From positions 39,556,001 through 39,620,000 of the forward strand of contig NC_043000.1 in the NCBI RefSeq assembly GCF_006345805.1: a stretch of DNA of 64,000 nt, given 5' to 3'. Origin of the DNA: Octopus sinensis. Its lineage: Eukaryota. The translations under genes and the position numbers were made by a program. Positions 13,177-24,530 of this stretch are shown here, one piece after another; the stretch's first letter is position 1, and each line of letters opens with the position of its first letter. The notes beneath the pieces were generated by a model, which was given only the letters and a program-made list of their open reading frames with translations, ran no database searches and was not told where the DNA came from.

Positions 13177-13185
<9 letters not shown>
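12152..13185 (+). mobile_element. Non-autonomous HHR-bearing element with short inverted 5' arm and unique 3' tail, between (TA)n tracts
   Basis: 12152-12230 is the reverse complement of ~13005-13085; tail ...ccctgtaagtttggatt..ccctaatattttatt is shared with 20490-20575. Confidence 0.8.
12854..12947 (+). ncRNA. Hammerhead ribozyme motif
   Basis: ctgaaga|ttgactgta...tacagccat|gaaa|cgatcg|tt|gtg; palindromic ACGAUCGU; stem I short and its register ambiguous. Confidence 0.65.
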
Positions 13186-13251
<66 letters not shown>

Positions 13252-13714
13252 ATATATATGGGACTAATAGGTGTAAAACGTCGATTTGTCTGTTTCGACG
13301 TTGAGTAGAGCACTGGCACAGTTTAGGCAACCTGTTTTCATCCGAGGGATCTACTTCAGGAGCTCCGCAGTGTCAGCTAGGGTAATTATATTAATTAAGT
13401 AACGAGCAGATGGTATAAAACTCTACACTGTAAAACGTTTGATTCGATCCGTCTTGCTATTGTCATTTATGTGTGGGACTCCATGCAAAATGTTGTGCTA
13501 CATCGATTTTGCTGTCTCGATCTCATCCGGTACATTGATAAAGTTCTGTCTCACTTAAGATCTCGATTCTCGGCTGCCATTTTGTTAAAGTTTAATATCG
13601 AAACTATCTTCTTGTTATTTAATTAATATAATTACTGTGTGCGTGTGTGTGTGTGTGTGGGCGTGTACGTGTGTGTGTGTGTGTGTGTGAGCGTGGGTGT
13701 GAGTGTAGATATAT

Positions 13715-13945
13715 GTCCCTTTATGTCTGTGTTTCTACCCCTCCCCATCAGTGGACAACCAGAAACAATAGAAAAAGTTCAAATCAGGCAACTTAGCGGT
13801 TCGTCAAAAGTACCCGATAGAATAAAACCAGCACTTCCAAAAATTAGGTCTTGGGTTCGATTTCTTCGTGTAAAATCCCTTAAAGTGGTGCTCAAGCATG
13901 GCCGCAGACAAATGAGAGAAAGAAGTAACAGAATAAAAGAAGAAA
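13715..13945 (+). mobile_element. SINE family A, 3' half
   Basis: ttagcggttcgtcaaaag..gatagaata...aaagtggtgctcaagcatggccgcagacaaatga tail. Confidence 0.7.
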
Positions 13946-14569
13946 ATATAAGTGTGTGAGAGAGAGAGAATGAGAGAAAGAGAGAGATAAACTAAACAAA
14001 ACTTACCTTCAAATATTTTTCTCTTTTTGATCTGTATCCCAGTTACTTCAAAACGCAGTTACAACAAAACCTCTGATTCTGCCCGTCACTCACTCCCCTT
14101 CCCTTTGTTATTATAATATACTCTACGTGTACGATATCACGCAATCTATTTTATCTTTAACAAAATATCTGGGTCAAAGTCACGGAAATAGTTAACATTG
14201 TATAATGGGGAGTGGGAATAATTCAATTGTTATTATTATTTTTATTGTTAAAGTGAAAGTATCTGACATAAAATATAGAAAGGGGAGAAGGAAAGGGGAG
14301 AAGAGGAGGGGGAGGGGGAGAAGGAAGGAGAGGAGAAGAGGAGGGGAGAGGAGGAGGGAGGAGAGAGGGAGAGGAGGAGAGAGAGAGAAGGGGAGTGAGG
14401 GAGCAGAGAGAAAGAGGGAAGGGGAAGAGGGAAGAAGGAGGGAGGGAGAAAGAGGGAAGAAGGGAAGAGGAGTAGGGGTGAAAGGATGAAGGACTGAAGA
14501 GAAGTAGGGGTCGGGCGGGAGGTTAGATGAGGAGGGGGAGGTTAGATGAGGAGGGGGAGAGGGGGTTAG

Positions 14570-16005
14570 ATGAGGAGGGGGAGAGTTGAGACCAAATGGC
14601 GTATAAGAGCGAAGAGAGAAGATTAATTACTGTTCACGGCGCAAACGGGAATCCGGATGGCCTCTGTGTAAGGACAAACCGAACACAGACAGGTGTTGCA
14701 AGGAGTGACCGGTGGAGCGGAAATGGCGTGAGACCGGTGTGTCGTTCGCAAGGCGGATGTCACGGAGGTGTTCCGCGAACCGGTCAGCCAAGCGGCGTCC
14801 CGTTTGTCCGATGTACAGGGAATGGCAGAGAGAGCAAGAGACGCAATAGATAATATTGCTGGAGGTGCAGGTGAAGGAGTTGATGATGCGATAGGGTCGA
14901 TGATGGGTGCCAGTGAGGAAGGTGGTGTTGGAGAGGTAAGGGCAAGTGCGGCAACGTGGGCGGGAGCAGGGGAACGAGCCAGGTTGGAAGGTAGGGTCAG
15001 GGAAGGAGCTATGGACCAAAAGGTCTCGAAGGTTATGGGCTCGTTTGAAAGAGGGGAGGGGTCGGTTAGGGAAGAGGTGTGAAGTGGACGGGTCGGACTG
15101 GAGATGACGGAAAGCTCGAAGAATGGTGCGTTGGAGAGGTAGGGTCGTGGGGTGGTAAGTGAGGGGAAAAGGGAGGCGGGAGACTACAGGGCGGGTTCGG
15201 GGAGAGAGAGCAGATACACTGTCCACGGAACGTGCTCTGGCAAGGGCGGTGTGGATAGTGGTGAGGGGGTATCCACGTAGGATGACGTGGTGAGCCATAC
15301 GTTGAGACTGAGTCTCAAAGTCATGGTCGTCACTACAGAGCCTACGTAGACGGAGGAATTGGGAATAGGGGATGGAAAGCTTGGTGTGTTCTGGGTGGGA
15401 GGAAGAGAAGTTGAGGTATGAGTGTGAGTCTGTGTGTTTGTGGTGAATGGAGGTGGTAAGAGTGGAGTGAAGAATGCTAACCGAAATGTCGAGGAAGGAG
15501 ACAGAGGTGTTGGAGATAGTGGAAGTGAAGTGGAGGGCTGGATGGAAAGATTGAACGAAAGAGAGGAAGGAATCTAGATGTTCACGGGAGAGTGAGGTGG
15601 CACCGATAATGTCGTCAATGTAATGACCATATAGTTCAGGAGTGGGACCAGTGAAATTAGAGAATATTTGGGCCTCAACATAGCCAACGAACAGGTTCGC
15701 ATAGTTGGGGCCCATTCGCGTTCCCATGGCCACTCCCGAGACCTGATGGTAGAACTCGCCCGTGAACGAGAAGCAGTTAAGAGTAAGGACAAGTTCGGCC
15801 AGACGAATGAGTGTGGAGGTGTCAGGTTCAGGGTTGGAGCGGAGGTCGAGAAAGTGTTGAAGTGCCTACAGTCCTTCGTGGTGAGGGATAACGGTATAGA
15901 GGCTCTGAATGTCCATAGTAAAAAGGATTTTGGAGGAGCCGGGAGGAAAGGAGAAAGAGTTGAAAAGCCGGAGAGCATGGTTGGTATCATGGATGTGGGA
16001 GGGAA
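14570..16005 (-). mobile_element. Penelope-like element (RT + Cys linker + GIY-YIG), family A, 5'-truncated
   Basis: TMDIQSLYTVIPH, AMGTRMGPNYANLFVG, YIDD, SFLDISV, CSRPRCRTC, IIYCVSCSLCHSLYIGQTGRRLADRFAEH; stops near 15878 and 14627. Confidence 0.92.
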
Positions 16006-16012
16006 ATATATA

Positions 16013-16046
16013 ACGGCGGTGGATGGCCGCAGCCCTGAGCTGAAAC
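16013..16046 (+). mobile_element. Isolated CR1-LINE/SINE-type 3' tail, antisense to the adjoining PLE
   Basis: acggcggtggatggccgcagccctgagctgaaac matches 4237-4276. Confidence 0.7.
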
Positions 16047-16062
16047 TACAGCAAATATACAC

Positions 16063-16126
<64 letters not shown>

Positions 16127-16452
16127 CATACTCGGAATCGAGTGAGAGTCCAATGAAGCTAAAATGTGTTATTCAGGCACTCAACTATGAGTCCACTGAA
16201 CCTCTTTGCGGAAACAGCTGTAAGCTTATGAAATGCATCGGAAAATCATATATTCCGTTCGCATCTCTCTTTCTTATGACCTCGCTATACTCAGCCAACA
16301 TTTTATCCGGAAACATGCATACATGGTGTTCTTCATGGGATTTTGCTTTCGCAATGTTATTGCGAAATGTGTGTGTGTGAGTGTGTGTGTGTGTGTGTGC
16401 GTGTGCGCGTGCGTGTGTTTATGTGTGTTTGTGCGTGTGTGTGTGTGCCTCT

Positions 16453-16560
16453 GTGTGGCTGAGTGATAAGAAGTTTGCTTCCCAATCAAATGATTACCGG
16501 TTCAGTCCCAATGTATGACATTTTGTACAAGCCTATTCCAGCCTCGAGCTGACAAATCTA
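16453..16560 (+). mobile_element. SINE family A head (decayed)
   Basis: tgtggctgagtgataagaagtttgcttcccaa...ccggttcagtccca. Confidence 0.65.
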
Positions 16561-17159
16561 GTGTATATATATCAACGAGAAAGAAGCAAGGAAGAGGAAG
16601 GAGGAGGAGGGGAAAACAGAAGAAGAAGTGGACGAGAAGAAGTAAGGGAGAGGAAGAAAAGGAGTAGGAAGAGGGAGGAAGTGGACGCAAATCCTTACCG
16701 TTCATGTCCAATTCGATTTCTCCACATTCAAGATTGTCATCGTAAGTACACCATTTGGAAATCTCCCAGGTTACACTCCGCATCCACATAGTCGATGTAT
16801 CGTTATATTGTGTGACTTTGTAGTAATCACTGTTGGCGCACCTTCTACCACACTCGTATCGAAAGTTGTGCACTTGCCGAACTATGGGTCTATTCATATT
16901 CGGGATATTAATGAAAAGTTTTAAAGTTTCACCTAACCAAATGCTTCCTGAAAGAAAGAAATCAATATTAATATTTCATTTGCTATATCATTGATTTACG
17001 CTTTTTTTGTCATCAAATTTAATATTTTCAAGGAAATAAAAATAAAAATGCGTAACTAAGACTAACAAGCGTTAGAACCCGTTACCTACGCATAACTGCA
17101 TACTGTACGATTGTATCGACCGAAAAAAGATAACATGAGAAATTTCTAAAATTAAAAGA

Positions 17160-17870
17160 CATTCTTCTTCTTTTTCCCTGTCTGGCCTCCAGAAGGGTGC
17201 CACTGGATGACCAACTCTGGCGATGATGTTATTCCACTCCTTCCAAGCTTTGGCACTGACCTTAGCATGCTTGATGTCAAGGCGCTACTACTTCAGTTCG
17301 TCCGCAGTTTGTTTCACCCATTTTCTTGTTTGGTGCGTGTGCTGGATCGGTCAGTTTGTGGGTCGCTGCCGTTACGAAAGTTGTCGTGGTAGTCTTCCGG
17401 TTCTCCTTCTGAAACCGTGGACAAACCACTGTAGCCTGTGCAGTCAGACTTGATGCTATGTGGTTGACTGCTGCGTGCAAGGTTGTTCAGATTTGATCAC
17501 GTAGAAGAATTTCATCTTTTGCCGGCCATTCTGCATCTTGATGGTATCCAGAATGAGGCCGTCTGGTAGTTCAGATATTTCGGCTCCCTTGTTATAGAAA
17601 GGTGGGTCGCGTGAAGAACAGGGATAAATTGCTGATATTAAGATTCTGACTTCTGCAATCGCATCCCTTCGACGGTGTATTTGGAAGATGCCTACCATCT
17701 GTCGAAGTACCAAAATCCATTTTTTCCTTCCGTTGCATTTGGCTCAGCCCTTCGATAAATCACTGATCCCTTGATCGTCATCAAACAAGACTTTAACAAT
17801 CTCTAGGTGTTCCAAATGCGGAGTCCTCATCAGATCCTTGGAATATAATATAGCATCGTCGCTATCATAT
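17160..17870 (-). mobile_element. Old RTE-like LINE 3' fragment (tentative)
   Basis: Broken frames DTIKMQNGRQKMKFF and RKWVKQTADELK..LDIKHAKVSAKAWKEWNNII resemble RTE C-termini; ends in a short gaa repeat. Confidence 0.4.
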
Positions 17871-17874
17871 CTCT

Positions 17875-18290
17875 GACTCCTTTACCTCCAATTCTAGCAA
17901 CGTTATATACTGCAACTCCTGCAATTCTGCCCTTCTCTGTACATCGGTCAAACGGAACGCCGTTTGGCTGACCGGTTCGCGGAGCACCTCCCAGACATTA
18001 GACTCGGTAATGACAACCCGGTCTCACGCCATTTCCACACCGCCGGTCATTTATTACAACGCCTGACTGTGTTGGATTCTCTTTGCACGGGGGCCATCCG
18101 GACATCCACCTTCGCTGTGAACAGGAATTAATCTTTTCTCTTCGCTCTTTTGCACCAGATGGGCTCAACCCCCTCCACTCTTCATCGGATTCCCCTCCTC
18201 TCTTGTCTTCATTCCTACCCACTTCTCCTCTTCTCTCCTGCCCTGACACCTACTTCGTCTCTTCACTCCTACACACCTTCTCTCTTGATT
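17875..18290 (+). mobile_element. Penelope-like family A GIY-YIG fragment, copy 2
   Basis: SSNVIYC..YIGQTERRLADRFAEHLPDIRLGNDNPVSRHF...EQELIFSLRSFAPDGLN; homologous to 14570-14900. Confidence 0.85.
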
Positions 18291-19479
18291 GATACCCCTT
18301 CCATCCACAATCCACCCCCACACATCCAACTCTACATACCCCACCCCTACTCACACACCTCCACCCCATATCCTCATCCCACCTCCACATCCTCACCCCA
18401 CATCTTCACCCCAAACCCACACCCCACCCTCACATCCCCACACCCCACACTACCACACCACACCATACAGCACCACAGTACCACACCACATCACACTACC
18501 TCACATCACCCCACACATTCTAGCACTGGCCACTTCCCAGCATCCACATCTGCACACCCACAAACCATCATCCTCACACCCACACATTACAGCCGCATAC
18601 ATCCACACGTCAGTCATTAGCCCCTAACCACACGCACACACACACTCTCACATACTCACACACGTACGCGAACGTTCGTTTTGGGATCACCAGTACTTCA
18701 TAACCTAAGTGAAAGAGAAGATCCACATCGGGTAAAGGGAAGGCGCTTTTAGAAACCGCTAACCACATATATTCTTTCCGGCAAGTGACAAGTATAAAGC
18801 CACTAAGTTGTCTTCCTTTGTTCGGAGTTCGAAGTTTAACGCCATATCATATACAATAAGGTGGAGAAATATTTGTCAAGTCCACAACATATGTCAACGA
18901 ATCAAAACAATGTAAGCTATACGCAGCTGGATTATGTTTTTCAGACCGAAGGCTCCACCACACGGCTGAATTCCAGATCTGAAATTTGCAGCGGATGCAA
19001 ACATATCGATATTTTCTGCTGACAAATCGGAAAATACCACCTTCTACGGATTGAAGAGATTCTGGGCACCTATCAAAAAGGACATAGCTCTAATTCCCTA
19101 CCCCAGTTTTTGTTCTTTTCTATTTTCCGGTGTTTTCAACCTTCCACCTTTTCCATCAACTTCTTTCTCGATTCTTCACTTTCTCATTATATCTGGTAGA
19201 CAGAGATTAAGGTTGCATGAACGCACCAGTTGTGTCATGATGTGATGTCTAAGTGTTTCCATTTACATGAAAATATTAGTAGCTCATAAAAAGTCGTCTA
19301 AACGAATAGGTCAATTGTGTAAGTGCTGTAATTGGTCATCTGTAGGGTTCCGAGTTCACAACTGGGCCGGAGCTAGGGATCCGTTGTAGGCTTTCGAGGT
19401 TTCAGGTGTATAACAGGGGAAAAGTGGACAACAAAACCAATGCAGCACGAGCAACTCAATTCATTTAGTATATTTATTG

Positions 19480-19835
19480 TTTTACAGCTGTTTCTGGGAT
19501 ATCCCAAGTGATAGGTCAGCATCTCCATACACAGGGTATTCTATCATCAAAGAGAAGGTGTATGTGGGGTAGCTCTAGACAGAGAATTCAAAGTGTATAA
19601 AGGAATAGAATAGTAGATAGAAGTATAAAGTGTAAAATAGTAGCGAGAAGAAACCGATATGTATTCTTCTACCTATTGTTTTACACTTTGTTCTTCTCTA
19701 CTATTTCATTCTTTCATAAACTGTGAATTCGTTATCTAGCGCTACCCCACATACCCACCTTGTATCTGATGATAGAATAACCAGTGTATGGGATGCTAAA
19801 ATATCACATGGCATATTACAGAAACAGATGTAAGT
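19480..19835. mobile_element. Old diverged foldback with an HHR-like motif in each arm
   Basis: Minus 19480-19553 ttgatga...gaaa cagctg ta and plus 19763-19835 ctgatga...gaaa cagatg ta are homologous; inner sequences are also inverted. Confidence 0.6.
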
Positions 19836-19973
19836 CATCTCCAAAATATTCTAAATGACATGAGATACTCGTCCTGCCTAAGATTTTTTTATCCTTTTTT
19901 CTGTAATATATATATGTACATATACACACACACATACACACACACACATACATACACACACACACACACACAA

Positions 19974-20026
<53 letters not shown>

Positions 20027-20155
20027 TTAGAGATAAAACCACTATTAGGAAAATCAAACAATGAAAAACTTAAGCCAATACATAAAATTAATTAATTTAT
20101 ATTATTTTAAATATATCAAAAGTATTAAAAGTTTAATAAAAGATAATGAGTAAAA

Positions 20156-20224
20156 CACTACGATCGTTTCATGGCTGTCCAATTTGTTATAATTCGAGTT
20201 ATGGTTACAGTCAATCTTCAGGTA
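20156..20224 (-). ncRNA. Hammerhead motif, left arm
   Basis: Reverse complement of the 20284-20352 motif. Confidence 0.65.
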
Positions 20225-20283
20225 ATTGAAATATTTATCTTAGCGAGGTTTAGCAATGAACTCGCTAAGATAAATATTTCAAT

Positions 20284-20352
20284 TACCTGAAGATTGACTG
20301 TAACCATAACTCGAATTATTACAAATTGGACAGCCATGAAACGATCGTAGTG
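20284..20352 (+). ncRNA. Hammerhead motif, right arm
   Basis: tac|ctgaaga|ttgactgt...acagccat|gaaa|cgatcg|ta|gtg. Confidence 0.65.
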
Positions 20353-20571
20353 TTTTACTCATTATCTTTTATTAAACTTTTAATACTTTTGATATATATT
20401 TAAAATAATATAAATTAATTACTTTTATGTATTGGTTTAAGTTTTTCATTGTTTGATTTGCCTAATAGTGGTTTTATCTCTAATTTAATATAATATAATA
20501 TTTTACTATAAAATTGGATTTAATCCTAAATCTGATTTTTCCCTGTAAGTTTGGATTATTCCCTATTATTT

Positions 20572-20606
<35 letters not shown>

Positions 20607-20628
20607 CATGTATGTATATGTATGTATA

Positions 20629-20699
<71 letters not shown>

Positions 20700-20714
<15 letters not shown>

Positions 20715-20853
20715 AGAATACAGTGTACGTTCAAACACAAAAGAGATACTCGAAGAATAGTATATTTGACTTGCTAGGATATCTGACTTTCTAGCGAGTC
20801 AGATATCCTATTCTTCGGGTATCTCTTTTGTGTTTGAAAGTACACTGTACTCT

Positions 20854-20860
<7 letters not shown>
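20700..20860. repeat. Foldback (~64-bp imperfect arms, 13-nt spacer) framed by (GA)n/(TC)n
   Basis: agaatacagtgtac..caaacacaaaagagata..gctag versus ctagc..tatctcttttgtgtttg..gtacactgta. Confidence 0.75.
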
Positions 20861-20920
<60 letters not shown>

Positions 20921-20967
20921 AACAAGTCAAGATAGAAAATGCTAAAATGATTTTATAAAGAACATTT

Positions 20968-21004
20968 CAGTACCGGTTTCAGTCATTTGAGACCTTTTCA
21001 ACTG
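20968..21004 (-). ncRNA. Minimal type I hammerhead motif (U3:A8 core variant)
   Basis: Minus strand cag|ttgaaaa|ggtc-tcaaat-gact|gaaa|ccgg|ta|ctg; palindromic ACCGGU, GUA triplet. Confidence 0.75.
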
Positions 21005-21164
21005 TAACAATTAAATAATTAAATTTAGAAAAATTAAAGAAAAGTTTTTTAAAAGAATATTTGTATAGTGTTCAAATATAAGTGGCATTTTCCTTGTTTC
21101 TGCCTTTCTCTGTCTCTCTTGTTTACACTTGTGGGTCCGAGGTTGTAGTGAATTCTTGGTAGGG

Positions 21165-21525
21165 AAGAAGAAGAAGAAGAAGAAGAAGAAGAAGAAGAGA
21201 AGAAGAAGAAGAAGAAGAAGAAGAAGAAGAAGAAGGAAGAGGAGGAGGAGAAGAAGGGGAGGAAGAATTTGGGAGTGCCTTGATTGTCGTATTTTGAGTG
21301 GTCAGTGGCGGCTAGCATTTGCTGTTCAATTCATGAGAATATTTCTATTGAAAGGTTTGTTTATAGAATTTGCCTAGAACACCTACGCAAATTCTATAAA
21401 CAAACCTTTCAATAGAAAGCATTAATGATAAAGTTAGGAAGTAGAAAGGGAAGAAGAAGAAGAAAAAGAAGAAGAAGAAGAAGAAAAAGAAGAAGAAGAA
21501 GAAGAAGAAGAAGAAGAAGAAGGGA
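21165..21525 (+). repeat. (GAA)n tracts interrupted by unique DNA containing a 32-bp-arm palindrome (21342-21418, 13-nt spacer)
   Basis: Direct reading. Confidence 0.85.
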
Positions 21526-21659
21526 GAATATGAATGAGTAGAAGTAGTGAGGTGTTGTATGACTTAAAGTTGGCACGTTATGGGTTATAGCTGTGATTGG
21601 GGCTGATTTTTAATGGATTCTTAGGAATGTAATATTTGCGTGTGTATTTGTGTTATTCT

Positions 21660-22155
21660 TAGACCCGTTCAGAAGGGGCCTGTATTTTGTAATAAAGAGA
21701 GCTTCTTTACTCATTCGTTGGCTCGAGGTTGTATCGTCCCTCAATTGGTAGAGGGGGGAAATCCTGAAACTTGGAGTTTTGTTGTTGGCGCAAATATCTA
21801 TGTGTTTTGGGGAATTTTTATCTGGGATCTGTGCTGGGCCATTCTTTTACGTAAACTATTTTTTGTTTGGCCTATGTATTGCTCTTGACACACAGAGCAG
21901 GTTAGTGTGTATATCAGGTTCTCCGAAGCACACGTGAAGTTGCTTTTCACAGTGAACCGTTGTCCCTGTTTGAAGGAGAACTCTGATCTCTCAATTAGAT
22001 AATTGCATATTCCGCAATTGGGTCTTCCACATTTTTTTACTGGAATTCTTTAAGTTTCTCTATATTTTCATGCCAAAGAATGAAACAGTCATCTAGGTAT
22101 CTCTTCCAGTTGTTTTCTATGTAGAGGGAGAAAGGGCTGCCGTATCTTTCTAGAA
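21660..22155 (-). mobile_element. Penelope-like element family C, internally deleted (RT YLDD segment joined to Cys linker/GIY-YIG)
   Basis: WKRYLDDCFILWHEN, then KKCGRPNCGIC...ENLIYTLTCSVCQEQYIGQTKNSLRKRMAQHRSQI...LFITKYRPLLN. Confidence 0.85.
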
Positions 22156-22183
22156 CCTACGATACAGACTGAGCGAGCAGGCC

Positions 22184-22317
<134 letters not shown>

Positions 22318-22604
22318 CATATACATATATACGTATATATATGCGTATATACAAATATAATTTAGATCTCTTTTAAAGTGAGCACTCATTTACACGGACA
22401 CGTTTTCCTCTCGCTCATTTTTTCTCTTTCTCCATTTTCCACACCTATTTCATTTCATTCTGTCGATCACCTTTGGTTCAAAATAATCAACTCTTTGCAA
22501 TTTTCGTCGAATGTCGAAATAGTTTACCTGCTCTTGTTCCATAATTTATGTGTGTCTTCTTCTCTCTTTAAGTTGGAAATATAGACATACATATGTTTGT
22601 ATAT

Positions 22605-22870
22605 AGAGAAACTACCTATAACAGATAATTTTATACGCTAGAGGAAGCAGCCAAAGCGATGAAAACCACATTTAAGAGCAATTTCCAATTAAATGTGGTT
22701 TTCATCGCTTTGGCTGCTTCCTCTAGCGTGTAAAATTAGCTGTTATAGGTAGTTTCTCTTGTGTTTAAATGTACACAACTTTATATTGAGAATATGTTGT
22801 CTATTGACTTTTCATATATGCTAGGCCACTGGTAGCGAAATTTCTAAAAAATATTCGCTACCCAATATAA
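22605..22870 (+). mobile_element. Foldback element (71-bp arms, 13-nt spacer) with a 3' extension ending in a small hairpin
   Basis: 22605-22675 is the reverse complement of 22689-22759; ggtagcgaa...ttcgctacc at 22831-22862. Confidence 0.75.
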
Positions 22871-22954
22871 TTTACGTATATATATATATATATATATATA
22901 CATAATACATACATGCGTATATATATATATACACGTATATATGTATATAACATA

Positions 22955-23290
22955 GATAAACCCTCCTTGGAAAGTACTAGAAAGGATCTGCATAAATTCT
23001 TCTCTGACCTGAACCTGTGTACCACATTCGAAATTGTGCACAAAACTTGTACCTTTCTAGACGTAACTCTAAACTTATCAATGTCCCAATACTCCCCTAA
23101 CCACAAACCTAATCAATATCTTAAATTCATTCCAATCACCACAAATCCACTTTTGATAACATAATCAAGAATATCTCAGACCGTATATCCGACCTCTCTT
23201 CCACTGAAGAAATTTTCAATAACCACGCACCATATTACAATCAAGCACTCCCCGCTAGCGGCTTCTCCCAACAAATAAAATACATCTATA
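22955..23290 (+). mobile_element. Penelope-like RT C-terminal fragment (family B-like)
   Basis: RKDLHKFFSDLNL...TFLDVTLNL...YSPNHKPN...ISDRISDLSSTEEIFN..PYYNQAL..SGF. Confidence 0.75.
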
Positions 23291-24187
23291 ACACCAGGCT
23301 CAAACAATATATAACTCAATTCACATCTGAAAGACGCACCAACCATCACAATCGCAAGCGACCACACACACTCTCTGATAAAAACCTGGAAGATCTTACA
23401 CCTAGACAACCCGGACCCCACACGCTTACATTTAACACCATATCAAAAGTTAAAACAGCTAAAACAGCTAACAACAGCAGGTCTCACCAACCTCTCTATT
23501 CTCCAAAAATATAGATAGCATTATTTCTAGGCACCCTAAAAAAAGTGGCGGACGCTCTATTCTGTCGTACACAACCCGCTTCTCACTTAACATTTAGAAC
23601 TTGGCTAAATCCTTCTTTACAATACTAGACTGCAACTTCCCTCGTCAACATAAATATCATTCAATCTTTAATAGATCCACCCTGAAACTATTTTATTTTG
23701 CGTCATTGTAAAAATTATAATGTAATTACACAATTCTACAGCCATATACATAGGATCAACCATAATTGTTTAAACAACGATTTGTCGCTCACCTCCATAG
23801 TAAATCTACAACACTCGCCAACCCCATACTTCATCTCAAAAATACAAATATACCCTATACTTTGTCATAGTCCATATTAGAATGAGGACTTCCCTACCAA
23901 AGTCAACGCTCAACTTGCAAGTTTTGCCTGAAAGAGGCACTTCACATATTAGAGCACAACTCTTCAACACTGCTAAAGAAACATAATGAGGCAATAAGCA
24001 CATGCAACCACCGCTTTTTTCATACATTCAAATTCTACCACAAATCCAAATGCCTAAATATCCACACAGTATATTTCCACAACACTTCTTATGTAATATC
24101 AATAACCATATAAATCTACATTTTAACTCCTAATCCCTATCTAATTCCTCTTTCATACTTGCGGATCACAATCATTTAATTAAATAA

Positions 24188-24238
<51 letters not shown>

Positions 24239-24288
24239 TATGTATGTATATATGTGTGGTGTATGTACATATATATGAGTGTGTGATA

Positions 24289-24324
<36 letters not shown>

Positions 24325-24530
24325 GTATGTATATATGCGTGGTGTATGTACATATATATGTGTGATAATATATATAGATACACGTATGTATGAGTTTGTG
24401 TATAAACGTGTATGTGTATGTATGTGTTATATATGTATGTATATGTGTACGTGAGTGAATGTATGTATTATATATGTACATATATATGCATATATATGTC
24501 TGTGTGTATGCATATGTATATTTATACGTA

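Larger units (their letters stand above)
20021..20575 (+). mobile_element. Young foldback element: ~227-bp near-perfect arms, 13-nt spacer, unique 3' tail; same family as 12152-13185
   Basis: 20021-20247 is the reverse complement of 20261-20489; flanked by (TA)n. Confidence 0.9.

Noticed and set aside
13995-14045. Minus-strand gaag|gtaagt donor
   Set aside because: Isolated site with no supporting exon, frame or paralog
14768-16156. Plus-strand ORFs of 104 and 162 aa
   Set aside because: Antisense shadows of the PLE RT frame
16190-16226. gaaacagctgtaag matching an HHR 3' half
   Set aside because: No intact CUGANGA core or stem II upstream
23920-24000. ctgaaaga...gaaacataatga
   Set aside because: Core length wrong and no U at position 16.1
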